NCBI RefSeq assembly: GCF_964213995.1
Contig: NC_135813.1
Location: forward strand, 12,524,001-12,588,000
From: Mustelus asterias
Lineage: Eukaryota
Length of the DNA: 64,000 nucleotides
Direction: 5' to 3'
Part shown: positions 36,230 to 49,857 of the stretch, piece by piece
Position numbering within the stretch: the first letter of the stretch is position 1
Layout of the letters: the number at the start of each line of letters is the position of its first letter
Program-made: the position numbers and the translations under genes
Notes under the pieces: generated by a model
Databases searched by the model: none
Seen by the model: only the letters and a program-made list of their open reading frames with translations
Told to the model about the DNA's origin: nothing

Positions 36230-36319
36230 GTAGATGGCCATTTGTATTACATTGGGATGATAATGGACATTGATGGCGACGCTTTGTATTGTATTGAATG
36301 CCCCCCCCCCCCCCCCCCA

Positions 36320-36830
36320 AACCCCCCTACAGTGCAAGGGGGGGGGGGGCATTCGGCCCATCCAGTTTGCAGTGACCATCCGAAAGAGCATCTTACCCAA
36401 GAAGCCCCATCCCCATAATCCGGTGCATTCAGCATGGCCAATCCAGCTAACATGCACATCTTTGGACTGTGGGAGGAAACCAGAGCATCCAGAGGAAACC
36501 CACGCAGACACGAGGAGAATGTCCAAATTCACACAGTCAGTGACCCGAGACCGGAATTGAACCCAAATCCCTGGCGCTGTGAGGCAGCAGTGCTAACCAC
36601 TGTGCCACCCCATGTTTATCCGTGTATATTCACTGTTAAAAAACAATCACTGCACAGCGATCCTAAGTGGAGACTTTTGTGTTTTTTTTTGTTCTCTCCC
36701 TCCTTAACCCTGGGGCATGAAGGCTATTTGTGCCCAAGCTCCACATAGACAGTCACCCGAGGGTGGAATCAAACCCGGGTCCCTGGCGCTGTGAGGCAGC
36801 AGTGCTAACCACTGTGCCACCATGCCACCC
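36320..36830 (-). mobile_element. Composite HE1-type SINE: extra head (36740-36830), about 120 bp of captured sequence, then a full SINE
   Basis: Two SINE heads separated by sequence shared with 23511-23629. Confidence 0.82.
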
Positions 36831-37427
36831 TGGTAGCTCCATATATTGTGGTCAAAAGTTGCTGACATAAACTGTAGCTATAGAATATCAGGGGGACATG
36901 ATGAGTAATGATGTTGGTGCCTCTGATGATGTCAAAAATACTTGTGATCACCTTCAAAACCATGAGATTATATTCCTACGTTGAACTCAGCTCCTGTTAC
37001 TCTTGTGATTATTCAGCCTATGGCTACGGCCACTGGTTTTTGGTTTTCACAGAAAAACAAATGGAATCGTAGAACATGATCTTCAAAATACTGGTTAAAA
37101 TGATTGTGCAATCGAAATAGGTTGGATTTTATCCAAGCCTTAATGTAATTCTCCATCCTATATAGCAGGAAATGGTCTAGTGTCCTGAGTCCCTGTACTG
37201 TGGGCGTGAGGATGTAGGGAGAGGAAAGCAGAGGGGAGGTGGCAAGACTAAGCCAACTAGGAAGGAAGCGATATGTGAAGTGGCACCTGAGCCCAGAACA
37301 CTACCCGAGAGTTTGGTCTAAAAGTATTTTTGGCGTAGTCCTCAAAACAGGCAGGCCAGGTGAGTGTTTTGTCATCTGGCGAATGGTAACTTGCTAAAAT
37401 TAGGCTGTGTTTGATGGTATACCATGT

Positions 37428-37765
37428 GTAGAATCACAGAATCATTGAGTCCATACAGTGCAGAAGGAGGCCATTTGGCCCATCGAGCCTGCACCAACAA
37501 CAATCCCATCCCGGCCCTGTCCCCGTAACCCCACATATTTACCCTGCTAGTCCCCCTGACAATCAGGATCAATTTTAGCATGGCCAATCCACCTAGCCCG
37601 CACACCTTTGGACTGTGGGAGGAAACTGGAGCATCCGGAGGAAATCCACACAGACACTGGGAGAACGTGCAGACTCCACATAGACAGTGAACCAAGGCCG
37701 GAATTGAATCTGGGTCCCTGCCGCTGTGAGGCAGCAGTGCTAGCCACTGTGCTACCGTGCCACCC
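37428..37765 (-). mobile_element. HE1-type V-SINE
   Basis: Same head, core and tail. Confidence 0.9.
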
Positions 37766-38099
37766 AGTAGTCGTGATGTTTTACTCTGCTACATCATTGC
37801 AAGCAACAGAGTAGGCAGCAGCCTAATCTGTAGAGGTTTAGAAGTATTTTTATAACAGTGGAAGAAAAATTCTCTAAAAGGGGAAAAAGAACAGTGCTGC
37901 CCTGTTGACTGCCATATTTTCCTTGGAGACGGTAAGAAATGTAAGTTCAGAAAGACTGAAACATTTGTGCAGATATTGAGTTAGTTGGCCAGAGTTAACA
38001 AAAAGAAAGGCCCAAACATTAACTGGTGCTGCACCTTGATTCATGGGACTGTACATAGAAAGCAGTCTAGTACGTTTACAGTTTAACATGATGAATAAG

Positions 38100-38630
38100 G
38101 TGATGGAATTAATTCCTACCTTTTGGAAAATGTCCTAGATGTGATTGCATTAGAAAGGGTGCAGAAAAGAGTCACCAGGATTTGGCCTGTGCTGCGGCGT
38201 TTCAGCTATGAAAAGAGGCTGGATAAACTGGAGTTATTCTCTTTAGAGCAGAGAAGGCTGAGGGGAGGCCCGATTGAGGTGTACAAGGACGTAGAGAGGG
38301 CAGATAGGAAGAAACTTTTCCCATTAGGAGAGGGGTCGATAACCAGGGTACATAGATTTAAGGTCGGGGGCAGGAGGTATAGAGGGGATTTGAGGAAAAC
38401 TTTTTCACCCAGAGGGTGGTAGGAATCTGGAACTCACTGCCTCAAAGGGCGGTGGAGGCAGGAACCCTCAAAACATTTAAGAAGCATTTAGATGAGCACT
38501 TGAAATGCCATGGCATACAAGGCTATGGACCAAGTGCTGAAAAATGGGATTAGAACAGATAGGTGCTTGATGGCTGGTGCAGACACGATGGGTCGAATGG
38601 CCTCTTTTCTGTGCTGTAAAGCTCTCTGAC
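38100..38630 (+). mobile_element. CR1 LINE 3' fragment
   Basis: LERVQKRVTR...LFSLEQRRLRG; CR1 tail. Confidence 0.85.
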
Positions 38631-39332
38631 TTCATATCAGGGCGCAGGGGTGTGATGTAATTGCATTTCTGCACTTGTGTGGACCAGTGTGCACGTGCGG
38701 TTGAGTTTTGGTGGCCATTTTGCACGGCCATTTTGTGTTGGCAGGAGTCACAATCCACAATGTGAGAGCATTGCTGGTGCTTTGAATTTGCCTCCATTTT
38801 GCCTGAGGGCTGGTTTACAAATAGCATTTGAGACTTTTAAGTTGCAGGATGCTTGTTGATCTGCCTGGATGTCGGGAAGGTACAGAAAAACCTGAAAGAA
38901 TGAAAGCTTCTGGACTTCTGGTCTGTGATGCTCAACCAGACTGCAGCAAGAATAGATTTGGAACATTAAGAGCATTCAAATGGTTATTGGATAAACATAT
39001 GGATGATATTGGAATAGTGTAGGTTAGATGGGCTTTAGATTGGTTTCACTGGTCGGCGCAACATTGAGGGCCGAAGGGCCTGTACTGCGCTGTAATGTTC
39101 TATGTTCTATGTGATGTCCAAAACTGGCAGTGCCAAGGGGACAAAAACACTTTTGGGTCTTGGTGTTACTGACGGCAGTGGGACTATCCTTATTTAATTT
39201 TACAATGCTGCGGTATAAAGACAGCAATGAATAAATATAAATTGTTCTGGACCTGAAGGTTAATTTGAATGAAAATGTTGTCTCAGTGTAACTCAGACAG
39301 CTGCTTGTTGCTGGATGATTTGCTGTATGCAG

Positions 39333-39459
39333 GTGGGCTGATCCTCATCCATGGAGAGATTGTGCACAAAAGTGCTGCAAACACGTCAGATAAATCGAGG
39401 CACGTCTACACTTTCCACCTGTTGGAATCTCAGGATAGTCACTGGAGTGAGGAGAACTG
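39333..39459 (+). CDS. PHYHD1: PHYHD1 coding exon (GLILIHGEIVHKSAANTSDKSRHVYTFH...EENW)
   Basis: atgcag| ... TG|gtgagg; 127 nt; distal His (VHK) and the 2-oxoglutarate-binding Arg (SRH) are present. Confidence 0.96.
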
Positions 39460-39922
39460 GTGAGGATTTCAGTTTGTCCCTCAATGCCTCTCTCAGTGAG
39501 AGAGTTGCATTTGCAACATTTCTGTGTTGGGTTGATGTTGTTGCTTTCAATGTAACCATCTGCTGTTTCCTCTTCCACGGTTCTCCCTTTGACTAACAGT
39601 GGGGGTGTTGTCTAAACTGTCAATCCTGCTGCAGTTAACCTCTGTGTCAGTCTGTTGGCAGCTGATGAAGGATCGAACGGTCCAGGTAATTTTGATCCAG
39701 CTGGAGGGGACAATGCTGCTGTGTAGTGCGCCATCTACTGCCCTGGCTCAGATTGCAAAGCTCTTCTGGCAAATGTTAAAGTGCCTCCACCCAACCCAGC
39801 ACATTATTTTAAAGTTTATTTTTAGTGTCACAAGTAGGTTTTCATTAACACTGCAATGAAGCTATTGTGAAAATCCATTTTGATGATCGTAACTTGTAGT
39901 TGGGAAACTGGACTGTTCCATT

Positions 39923-40110
39923 CAGTGAGTGAGTGAGTGAGCGAGACGGTGGGTGAGCGGGTATGTGTGCGTGAGTGAGTGTGTGCGTGAGTGAGGTGAG
40001 TGAATGAGGTGAGTGAGTGAGTGTGTGCGTGAGTGAGGTGAGTGAGTGAGGTGAGTGAGTGAGACGGTGGGTGAGCGGGTATGTGTGCGTGAGTGAGTGA
40101 GTGTGAGTGG
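39923..40110. repeat. Compound (GTGA)n microsatellite/minisatellite
   Basis: Imperfect gtga repeats with a duplicated gagacggtgggtgagcgggtatgtgtgc unit. Confidence 0.9.
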
Positions 40111-42378
40111 TGACCTGTGCCACCGTGAGAAGTTGATGAGCTGAATTTCCACCATTAGTATTTAAAGGTTAAGGTCACACAAATGCGTCCTTTTGGGAGT
40201 GGGAAATGGAAGGTGATACTTTCACTCAGCGTGAATCGAGACAATCCACCCACGGTTCCCAGCTGACTGACCCTGTATCATCCAGTACAGTGTTTGCTAT
40301 TCTGTATCTACGCCAGTTCTGATAACTGCCGCTTTCTTTCATCGCCAGACATTGTTTGGCCCTTTTTTCATTGAGAGAGAGATTACAGATAAAAATTCTA
40401 ATCTAATCTAATAGAAAGGGCTTGCATAAACAGGTTGTGCCACAAAATATTTCAGCAGCGCCTTGTTTCTTTTTTTGAACAAGGTCCCCCTGAGCTCAGC
40501 CAGGTTTCAACCTTCCAGGTTGTGCTCTAAATTATTGTTGCAGGATACTTGTTACTCACAGCGCTCCCTGTACCATTCAAAACCTTTGGAGGCAGAGCAG
40601 GTGGCGAGCTTCTTTTCAACATTGTTTCTCCAACATCTTTGTTTAAATCCTTCGCTGGCTCCCATTGTTATTCGGCACCCCTCTATCGCCAGCTTGGTGC
40701 AGCAGTGTCCTTTTCTAACTACTTTCTAGATATCTGCAGCTTGGACTGACGACTTTTCTCTTGTTTCACTGGATTTCTTCCATTCTTGTTTGGGTGTTTG
40801 CAGTGTGGATCAAATACCTCGTCGCCAGTTTTCTTGGCAGTATTTTTGAAGGATAAGCTTGCAGACCACAAACAAAACAAGAGCTTTATTGGAAAGGTGT
40901 TTACGTGACAGGCTGTTTGGATACACTGCCTGTTTGTCTGCACAAGTGGCAGGACGTCACCTAGTCGGTCCCTTAAAATGCCCTTGTTCCAACCGGGAAC
41001 AATGTGAATACACAACAGTCATTATCTCGGTGTCATTTTGGAAATCCCTGATTATCACTTCAAATTCAACCAGGAAAGTCAGATTAGAGAACATAAATTA
41101 AAATGAATTAAAAGCCAGTGTACAGAATGTGGGAAATGTACAAAACTAAGCGGAAATCAGCACAGAACTTTACTAAGCCCAGTGTTTTTAATTGGATTCA
41201 TTCTGGAACAGGAACAACTTCACATGCTCATGGTATTCAAGTATATCAAAAAAGTACATTTCACTGTGATAGACTGGCTATTCATCTGTGGCAACACTTT
41301 CAGATTTAAGTAAAATAATTGCCACAAGAAGTAGTGGAGGCAAAAGCAATGGGTCTGTTCAGAATTGAGTTAGATGCTAAAGAAGGGATTGTGGGATCCC
41401 AGAGGCTGAACATTGCGGGACAAACTGTCTTCTCTCGTTCAAACTTTTCTCTTAATGCAGTAGAATAAGCAGGGGCAACGCAAACTAAATTGTACAATTT
41501 TAAAGGAGGCAGAGAAAGCTGGCAAAGCATCGACATGAAACTTTTAAGGACAAGTTGAGAAGGCTTTTTAAAATAAAAGCAGATCTTTGGCTTCATCAAT
41601 AGCATCAATGCAGTTACGTTAAGCCCCTCGGGGTGGGATTTTACGGCCTTGCTCGGACGAGACTGGAAATTCCTGTCCGAGATCAACGGAGATTTCTGTT
41701 GTTCGACCCTCATCCGCGCCGATTCTGTGGTAGAGTTCCGGCCTCTATCTCTATATATATATTTTATATAAAATAGTGGCTTGGTCTCAGCTGCGTTCAG
41801 TTCTGGGCTCCACACATTTGCTTTTCCAGAATCAAGGTGCAGAAGAACCAGGGGCAACATGAGGAAACTTATTTTTTAAAAACATGAGTTGTGATCTGGA
41901 ACGTACTGCCCGAAAAGGAGGTGGAAACAGACTGAATTGGAACTTTGAAACGAGAATGCAATAAATATTTGAAAAGTGAAAAATCTTTATAGTGTAATGG
42001 GGAGTGAGACAAATTGTAGAACCATAATCAATGAGCTATCACAGGCATGATGAGCTGAACGGGCTCCTCTATAGAATCATAGAATCCTACAGTACAGAAG
42101 GAGGCCATTTGGGCCATCAAACCCACCAGGTCCTATCCCCGTAATCCCATGTATTTACTCTGCTAATGCCCTGACACTAGGGACATTAGCATGGCCAATC
42201 CAACTAACCTGTACGTCTTTGGAGTGTGGGAGGAAACAGGAGCACCCGGGGACATGGGGAGAATGTGCAAATTTCTGTGCTGTATCATTTTAATGACTCA
42301 TAGAGACAGTATATGGCTGAATAAAGTTTGGATCATTGTTTAGACAAATCTGCTGAATGTTTTTTTTTTCAATTCCAG

Positions 42379-42424
42379 GTTGCAGCCAACTCCAGAACTA
42401 CCATTCCCACTTTTGTACACTTAA
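42379..42424 (+). CDS. PHYHD1: PHYHD1 last coding exon (LQPTPELPFPLLYT*)
   Basis: ttccag|G TTG CAG ... TAC ACT TAA; matches the PHYHD1 C-terminus LQPTAELPFPQLYT. Confidence 0.96.
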
Positions 42425-43003
42425 AAGTTCATCTTTTTACCCAGTGTCAATGGAATACAGGAATAACCGAGGTCTAATGTTGTATGTGCTGTTAGCTGGA
42501 AAGTACATTTTAAATTGGATTCATTTTGGGAGAGGAACAACTTCATGGGTGGAATTTTACAGCCTTGCTGGTCCCAAAACTGTAAAATCCTGCCCGAGAT
42601 CAACGGACCTCCCCATGCTCAGGCCACCACCTGCTCCAATTCCCGTGGCGGGCGGGATGGTAAAACTCCAGCCCACATTCCTATGGTGTTGGGAGTGTAT
42701 TTACAAAGTCAACTTCACCATGACGAACTGGCTGTTCTTCTGTGGCAATGCTCACAGGTGTAAGTACAATAAATTGCAACCCTCTGAACTTCTGCCCCTC
42801 CCAATCTGTCATTCTGACAGTGATTTGGATTGGCCTCACATTTTACCTTTTCCAGAATTAAGGTGCAGTTTATATATCCTGTGCCTTGCTTTATTCCTCC
42901 TATTTTAAGAATTTAAATTCATAAAACAAATCTGCTTTGATGGAAATGTGTAATACACAACTTTTAATAAGAGTTAATTAAGTTAATTATTTTAGTGTAC
43001 TGT

Positions 43004-43009
43004 AATAAA
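43004..43009 (+). terminator. Candidate PHYHD1 polyadenylation signal
   Basis: First AATAAA after the stop, about 580 nt downstream. Confidence 0.5.
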
Positions 43010-44465
43010 CTGGAAAGAAATTGAGGTAGATTGTGTGAGTCGCCTGCATGCCTGAAAATCTTGGCTCAGATACCCAATCAATCAAATCTTGGGGAACTCT
43101 GATAAGAGTCGTGTTGGTTCCCTTGGTGTGGCAATTGTAAAGAAAGAGTTCCTATTATAAAAATGAAGAAAACCATTAAACCCACCTGGACGATCGATAA
43201 GTTCTGATTTATTGTGTGACATTTCACACTTTCAGTGAATACAGTGCAAACTTTCTACACTTCACGATAATACAGATCAATGTAAGCATAACATAGAAGG
43301 TAATCAATACATGATTGAAGTGCAGCTAAAACAGAGTTGGACATTTGGACTGGGGCGTGTTTGTAGGTGGCGTGGGGGAAGAAAGAGGTTTGTACATTAA
43401 TTACACTACAATTTTACCATAAGTACATCTAAGACACTGAATGTGCTGCAACTGTTGAGTAAGCTAACATCGGAATGGATGAGAGTTCAAGGGTTTTGAT
43501 TAATCGCTTTACTTGTGTGGCCCTAAAGTGTGAATTGGAACTCAATGTGAGTCCTTAAATTATGAATTCCTTACACTGGGCTATTCAGGTGTGTGTGCGT
43601 GGGGATTATGAGTAAATGGTTGCCATTGAATTGTTCCTGTTTCATCTCTGCCTCCTTTCGTCTTCTCCCTTTCCTATTCCAATGGTTCCTGAGGGATGGT
43701 TCCAGATATCTTGTTTCCTCTTTGGAAAACAATGGTGGGGATCAGACGGTGAGATGTGGGCGCTGCTGGCTGTGTAAGTTCAGACAAATAAATGTGAGGT
43801 GAAGTTGGGGACATGCAGAGAGATTGTCTGGTCATGATTGAAGATAGAGAGGGGAATGGAAGGATGGAACAGGGAAGAGGTGTAGGTGGCAGTATAGAAA
43901 GAAGCAGAGGTGAGACTGGATTAGGCCAAAGGGGATAAGACGCTATAGAAACTACTACTCATGGATCACTAAAACTAGTAACTGGGGACATCAGCCATGT
44001 GGAAATGAATCCATTATCAGTGCAACATCATTAAAAAGAACTACATTAAATTATCTTTTACACATCAGCTCAGGAGTAAACAAAGCATGCATTGAGTCAT
44101 TTCAACGAGTGATATTTAGATTTATTGTACATGGTTTTTAAAAATGTTTTGTGGCCCTTTAGAATCTTCCATTTCCTAATGCTGTTCCATTATTAACACT
44201 TCCACATGCACCTTCACAAAAGTTTACAATCAAGACATCTCATTTCAGTAAGTTTCTTCAAAGCATCATTTTACGGTGCGGAACATTACTTAAATAAAAG
44301 AAAATTCACCCAACTTGTGGGAAACATTGAACTCGTGTTGTTAAAGTGTCCCAACATTGCATGGAAGGAACGGCACTTAAATTTATCAGTCCTTTAGTCT
44401 GGCAAACTGATATGGGACAATTTCCTTCTTGTTGCATTCTACGACTTGTGCTTATGTTTTGTTTG

Positions 44466-44783
44466 GAATCGTAAAATCCCTACAGTGCAGAAGGAGGCCC
44501 TTCGGCCCATCGAGGCTGCACCAACCACAATCCCACCCAGCCCCTATCCCCATAACCCCATGCATTTACCCTAGCTGACACTAAGGGACAATTTAGCATG
44601 GCCAATCCACCTAACCTGCACATCTTTGGTCTGTATGAGGAGATCAGAGCACCCAGAGGAAACCCACGCAGACATGGGGAGAATGTGCAAACTCTGCACA
44701 GACAGTGACCCAAGCTGGGAATCGAATCCGGGTCCCTGGCGCTGTGAGGCAGCAGTGCTAACCATTGAGCCACCGTACTGCCC
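44466..44783 (-). mobile_element. HE1-type V-SINE
   Basis: Same head, core and tail; a partial copy lies at 42070-42272. Confidence 0.9.
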
Positions 44784-45683
44784 AAATGAAATACAAGTTT
44801 CGAATGCTAACTTTCGGGAGAAACTTTGATAGAAACATATCTGGTCTCCTCTGCAGGTAATCACTCTTGCTGCTTCTCATGTCTGACACCCATCCAGTTT
44901 CTGGCCCAGTGGCCATTCTTTACAAGTCAGGACAGTAAATGTCAGCCTATTTTACCACAAACACGTCACAGCCAAGCTCGAACCTCACTGATATCTACAT
45001 TCCCCATGTTTCTCAACTGGCATCACTAGAAAGATAACAACTAGGATCTAGATGTCTAGTTTATTCCACTACTTGATCCTAGAGGCAAAGTCAGGCTTTT
45101 CTAACTTATTTAATATACATTATGTTGAAAATAAGGTGAATAGGAACTGTTTTAATTGATAGTGGATCAGCACAGCCCTAATCACAGAGCTCATGTTCTA
45201 ACTCATGTTCTACCTAAGGGGTAATATTTCACCCCCAAAAAAAGTGTTTATTAAAAAGTCCACTGGTCAATTATCATGAGGTAGTGATTTTGTTTTCCTT
45301 CCATTAAGTTTTCTCTGGTGGGTGTGGATCTGATAACTACCAAATCAGAAAACATGAAACAATCCACCGTCTAATCTGGGTGAAATGTGGAATGTGACAC
45401 CTGACCCACTCAGCAAGAGAAAAACAAAAAATTAAAAACATAAATTAGTGCAAAATGCGATGTAGTTGTGATTTTGTTTTTTAGTAAAATATGTAAGCTT
45501 TTTGTTTGTTCCATATGTATATGTCCAAGAGGTTGTTTTTTTGGAGATCTCTGTCTTTCTCCACTCTTTCTGCTCCTGGCATCAAGAATTTGTATTTAAT
45601 CAGTGCCATTAACATAGGAAATGTATCCAAAGTGCTTCATGTGGACATAATCAGATAAAAGTTTACACCAAGCCAAAAACCTT

Positions 45684-45980
45684 GGGGCAGCACGGTGGCA
45701 CAGTGGTTAGCACTACTGTCTCACAGCGCCAGGGACCCGGGTTCAATTCCGGCCTCGGGTCACTGTCTGTGTGGACTTTGCACCTTCTCCCCATGCCTGC
45801 GTGGGTTTCCTCCGGGTGCTCCGGTTTCCTCCCACAGTCTGAAAGACGTGCTGGTTAGGTGCATTGGCCGTGCTAAATTCTCTCTCAGTGTATCCGAACA
45901 GGTGCCGGAGTGTGGGATTTTCACAGTAACTTCATTGCAGTGTTAATGTAAGCCTATTTGTGGCACTGATAAAAAAACTT
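45684..45980 (+). mobile_element. V-SINE with alternative tail
   Basis: Same alternative tail. Confidence 0.88.
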
Positions 45981-46364
45981 TTTAAAAACAGAGCTTTTAG
46001 GATTGGGGCTTGACAGGGTACATTGAGGCTGTTTCCTCTCCTGGGCTATCTAGAACATGGGGGCACAGTCTCAGGTTATGGCTCCAATCATTTAGAACTG
46101 AGATGAGGAGAAATCTTCTCACTTAAAGGGTGAGGGTTGTGAATGTGACATCATTTAAATTTATTTAAGGCTGAGATAGACAGAATTTTGGTCACTCAAG
46201 AAGCTGGGGGATATTGGAAGTGTGCAGGAAAAGGATGATGAAGGCAGATGGTCAGCTATGATTTTATTTAATGGTGGAATAGGTACGAGAAACCACATGG
46301 TCTATTCCTACTCCCGATTTAGGACAAGGCACCAGTCACTGCTGAATGACTGGCAACTGATTTC

Positions 46365-47380
46365 CATAGAATCATACAGTGCAGAACAGGCCCTTCAGCC
46401 CATCTAGTCAGCACCAACAAGCAAGAAATACCTGACTTCCCACTTAATCCCATTTACCAGCACTTGGCCCATAGCCTTGAATGTTATGACATGTCTTTTT
46501 AAACGGTGTGAGGAAACTTGCCTCTATCACACTCCCCGGCAGCTCATTCCAAACCATCACCACCCTCTGGGGAAAAGAGTTTTTCCTCACATCCCCTCAA
46601 TCTCCTGCCCCTCATCTTGAATCTATGACCCCTCGTGACTGACCCTTCAACTAAGGAGAACAGCTGCTCCTTACCCACTCTGTCTATGCCACCCAATCTT
46701 GTACACCTCGATTAGGTCACCCCTCAGCCTTCTCTGCTCCAACGATAACAACCCAAGTCTATCCAACCTCTCTTCACAAATGTTCCATCCCAGGCAGCAT
46801 CCTGGTGAACCTCCTCTGCACTCCCTCCAGTGCAATCACATCCTTCTGATAATGTGCTGACCAGAACTGCACACAGTACTCCAGCTGTGGCCTCACCAAA
46901 GTTCTATACAACTCCAACATGACTTCCCTGCTTTTGAAATTTATGCTTCGATTCATAAAGGCAAGTGTCCCATGTGCCTTTCCGCCTTCAGAGATCTGTG
47001 GACAAACACGCCAAGGTCCCTTTGTTCCACAGAACTTCCTAGTGTCCTATCATTCATTGAGTACTTCCTTGTCAAATTACTCCTTCCAAAGTGTATCACC
47101 TCACACATCTCAGGGTTAAATTCCATCTGCCTCTTATCTGCCCATTTTGATAATTCCATCTATATCTTCTTGTAGCCCATGACACTCCGCCTCATTGTTA
47201 ATCACCCAGCCAATCTTTATGTCATCCACAAACTTACTAATCCTACCCTCCACATAGTCATCTATGTTGTTTATATAAATGACGAACAATAGGGGACCCA
47301 GCACAGATCCCTGTGGTACGCCACCAGCTTCCTGTCACTAAAGCAGCCTTCTGTGAACACCTTCTGTCTCCTACAACTTA
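46365..47380 (-). mobile_element. CR1 LINE 3' fragment
   Basis: WADKRQMEFNP, LVRPQLEYCVQFWS; CR1 tail at 46365. Confidence 0.88.
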
Positions 47381-47549
47381 TCGCAATTATTTTCTGAAGC
47401 AGTTCCTATAAGGAGGACAGAGTAACCAGATTGAGCGACTCACCAATTCTTTTATCTGCCTGATCTTCCCTTCACTTGCTCGGAGGATGTTCCTTCTGTT
47501 TGCGTGGTATTTCATTCCCCAGGGACTGGTTACAATTTCCTTCTGCTTA

Positions 47550-48240
47550 CACATAAGAACATGAGAACTCGGAGCAGGAGTAGGCCATCTGGCCCCTCGA
47601 GCCTGCTCCGCCATTCAATAAGATCATGGCTGATCTTTTCGTAGACTCAGCTCCATTTACCCACCCACTCACCATAACCCTTAATTCCTTCACTGTTCAA
47701 AAATGTATCTATCCTTGCCTTAAAAACATTCAATGAGGTAGCCTCAACTGCTTCACTGGGCAGGGAATTCCACAGATTCACAACCCTTTGTGTGAAGAAG
47801 TTCCTCCTCAACTTGGTCCTAAACCTGCTCCCCCTTATTTTGAGGCTATGCCCCCTAGTTCTAGTTTCACCCGCCAGTGGAAATAACTTCCCTGCTTCTA
47901 TCTTATCTATTCCCTTCATAATCTTACATGTTTCTATAAGATCTCCCCTCATTCTTCTGAATTCCAGTGCGTATAGCCCCAGTCTACTCGGTCTCTCCTC
48001 ATAAGCCAATCCTCTCAACTCCGGAATCAACCTAGTGAATCTCCTCTGCACCCTTTCCAGTGCCAGTATATCCTTTCTCAAGTAAGGAGACCAAAGCTGT
48101 ACACAGTACTTCAGGTGTGGCCTCACCAGCACCTTATACAGATGCAACATAACCTCGCTGTTTTTAAACTCCATCCTTCTAGCAATGAAGGACAAAATTC
48201 CATTTGCCTTCTTAATTACCTGCTGCACCTGCAAACCAAC
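47550..48240 (-). mobile_element. CR1 LINE 3' fragment (subfamily also at 20437-20685 and 56380-56855)
   Basis: ORF with LVRPHLKYCVQLWSP...RNFFTQRVVNLWNSLP; shared tail aggagtaggccatctggcccctcgagcctg. Confidence 0.9.
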
Positions 48241-48469
48241 TACACAGTTCAACTGACCACATATTACGACATACATTTTGTAAATGTGGTTTTGCATGGT
48301 TGCCGGTTACTCTAGTATCATTCCTGGTTGACTCGGCATGATTAAGGACTAATGTTCACTGCATTTTTCAATACGTGTAGCCTATAGGATTCAGCAATGA
48401 TTTTACATTCAGTAACATCTTCAGTCCCATCAGTGCATGATTAGGTTTGCAAATGTTTTGAGGTGTAAA

Positions 48470-48776
48470 GTAAAAGTAAAGTTTATTTATTAGTCACAAG
48501 TAGGCTTACCTTCACACTGCAATGAATTTACTGTGAAAATCCCCCAGTTGCCACACTCCGGCACCTGTTCGGTTACACTGAGGGAGAATTTAATACGGCC
48601 AATACACCTAACCAGCACGTCTTTCGGACTGTGGGAGGAAACCGGAGCACCCGGAGGAAACCCACGCAGATTCAGGGAGAACGTGCAAACTCCACACAGT
48701 GACCCAAGCCGGGAATCAAACCTGGGTCCCTGGCGCTGTGAGGCAGCAGTGCCAACCACCGTGTCACCGTGTGGCC
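48470..48776 (-). mobile_element. V-SINE with alternative tail
   Basis: Same alternative tail, reverse strand. Confidence 0.88.
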
Positions 48777-48849
48777 CCTACAATTGATTACCAGCAATGG
48801 AAATCCGTGACACTCTACTATCACTAGATCTGGTTGACAGTACAATTGA

Positions 48850-49160
48850 AATCATAAAATCATAGAATCCTGACAGTGCAGAAAGAGGCCATTTGGCCCA
48901 TCAAGCCTGCACCAACAACAATCCCACCCAGGCCCTATCCCACGTATTTACCTTGCTAATCTCCCTGACACTAAGGGGCAATTTAACATGGCCAATCCAC
49001 CTAGCCTTCACATCTTTGGGAATGTGGGAGGAAACCGGAGCACCCGGAGGAAACCCACGCTCCACGGGGAGAACGTGCAAACTCCACACAGTTACCTGAG
49101 GCCGGAATTGAACCCGGGTCCCTGGCGCTGTGAGGCAGCAGTGCTCACCACCCTGCCACC
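48850..49160 (-). mobile_element. HE1-type V-SINE
   Basis: Same head, core and tail. Confidence 0.9.
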
Positions 49161-49596
49161 TTAAAATATTTGTCTTTAGTCAATATTTACTCTTTTCAAA
49201 AACAAAATCTTATAACTTCAACCCTTCTCCATTTGATAATGCAGGGGCGGGGTTAATGAAAGGCCATTTTATATTGAGCTCAATCCTATCCTTACCTAAT
49301 ATCCACGTGACAAATATCCAACAACAGAAGTCACTTGATCCGGAATCAGGAAAACAATTAAAATTAAAAATAAAACCCAGTAGATGGAAATCTGAAACAA
49401 AAACAGAAAATGCTGGAGGAACTCAGCAGGTCAGGCAACATTTGTAAAGCAAGATAAAGGATAATCTTCAGTTATAACCATTTATCAAACACTTTTAAAA
49501 TTAATGCTCAAAAATGAACCTTTTCCTTAACCTTGCCTGGCCTGCTGAGTATTTCCAGCAATTTTGTCTCAGATTTCCAGCAGCTGCAGTGTTCTA

Positions 49597-49602
49597 TTTA
49601 TT
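49597..49602 (-). terminator. Candidate DOLK polyadenylation signal
   Basis: TTTATT on + (AATAAA on -) about 840 nt past the DOLK stop; closer ATTAAA variants exist near 50128 and 50214. Confidence 0.35.
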
Positions 49603-49669
49603 GCTAAATATGGCTTCCAATTGGGTGAAAACAAAATAGCTGTCACAGTAAATCAAAAGTCAGAAATGT

Positions 49670-49857
49670 AAAAGCAAATTACTGCGGATGCTGGAATCCG
49701 ATTTCATGATTTCCAAAAACAGAAAGTGCTGGGAAAGCTCAGCAGGTCTGACTGCATCTGTGGAGGGAGAATAGAGCCAACATTGAAGCGTTGGCTCCAT
49801 TCTCTCTCCACAGATGCTGTCTGACCTGCTGAGATTTTCCAGCATTTTCTGTTTTTG
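49670..49857. repeat. Palindromic Penelope-type repeat (68-bp arms); older relatives at about 49380-49590 and 11300-11400
   Basis: 49714-49781 pairs with 49790-49857 with 7 differences. Confidence 0.7.

Noticed and set aside
36300-36350. Poly-C/poly-G hairpin after a PHYHD1 exon
   Set aside because: Corresponds to the SINE tail with expanded homopolymers; likely slippage or consensus error.
39845-40155. His/Thr/Leu-rich ORFs
   Set aside because: Translations of the (GTGA)n repeat.
42357-42908. 183-aa ORF over the PHYHD1 last exon
   Set aside because: Out of frame with PHYHD1, runs through 3'UTR and a MITE, no recognisable domain.
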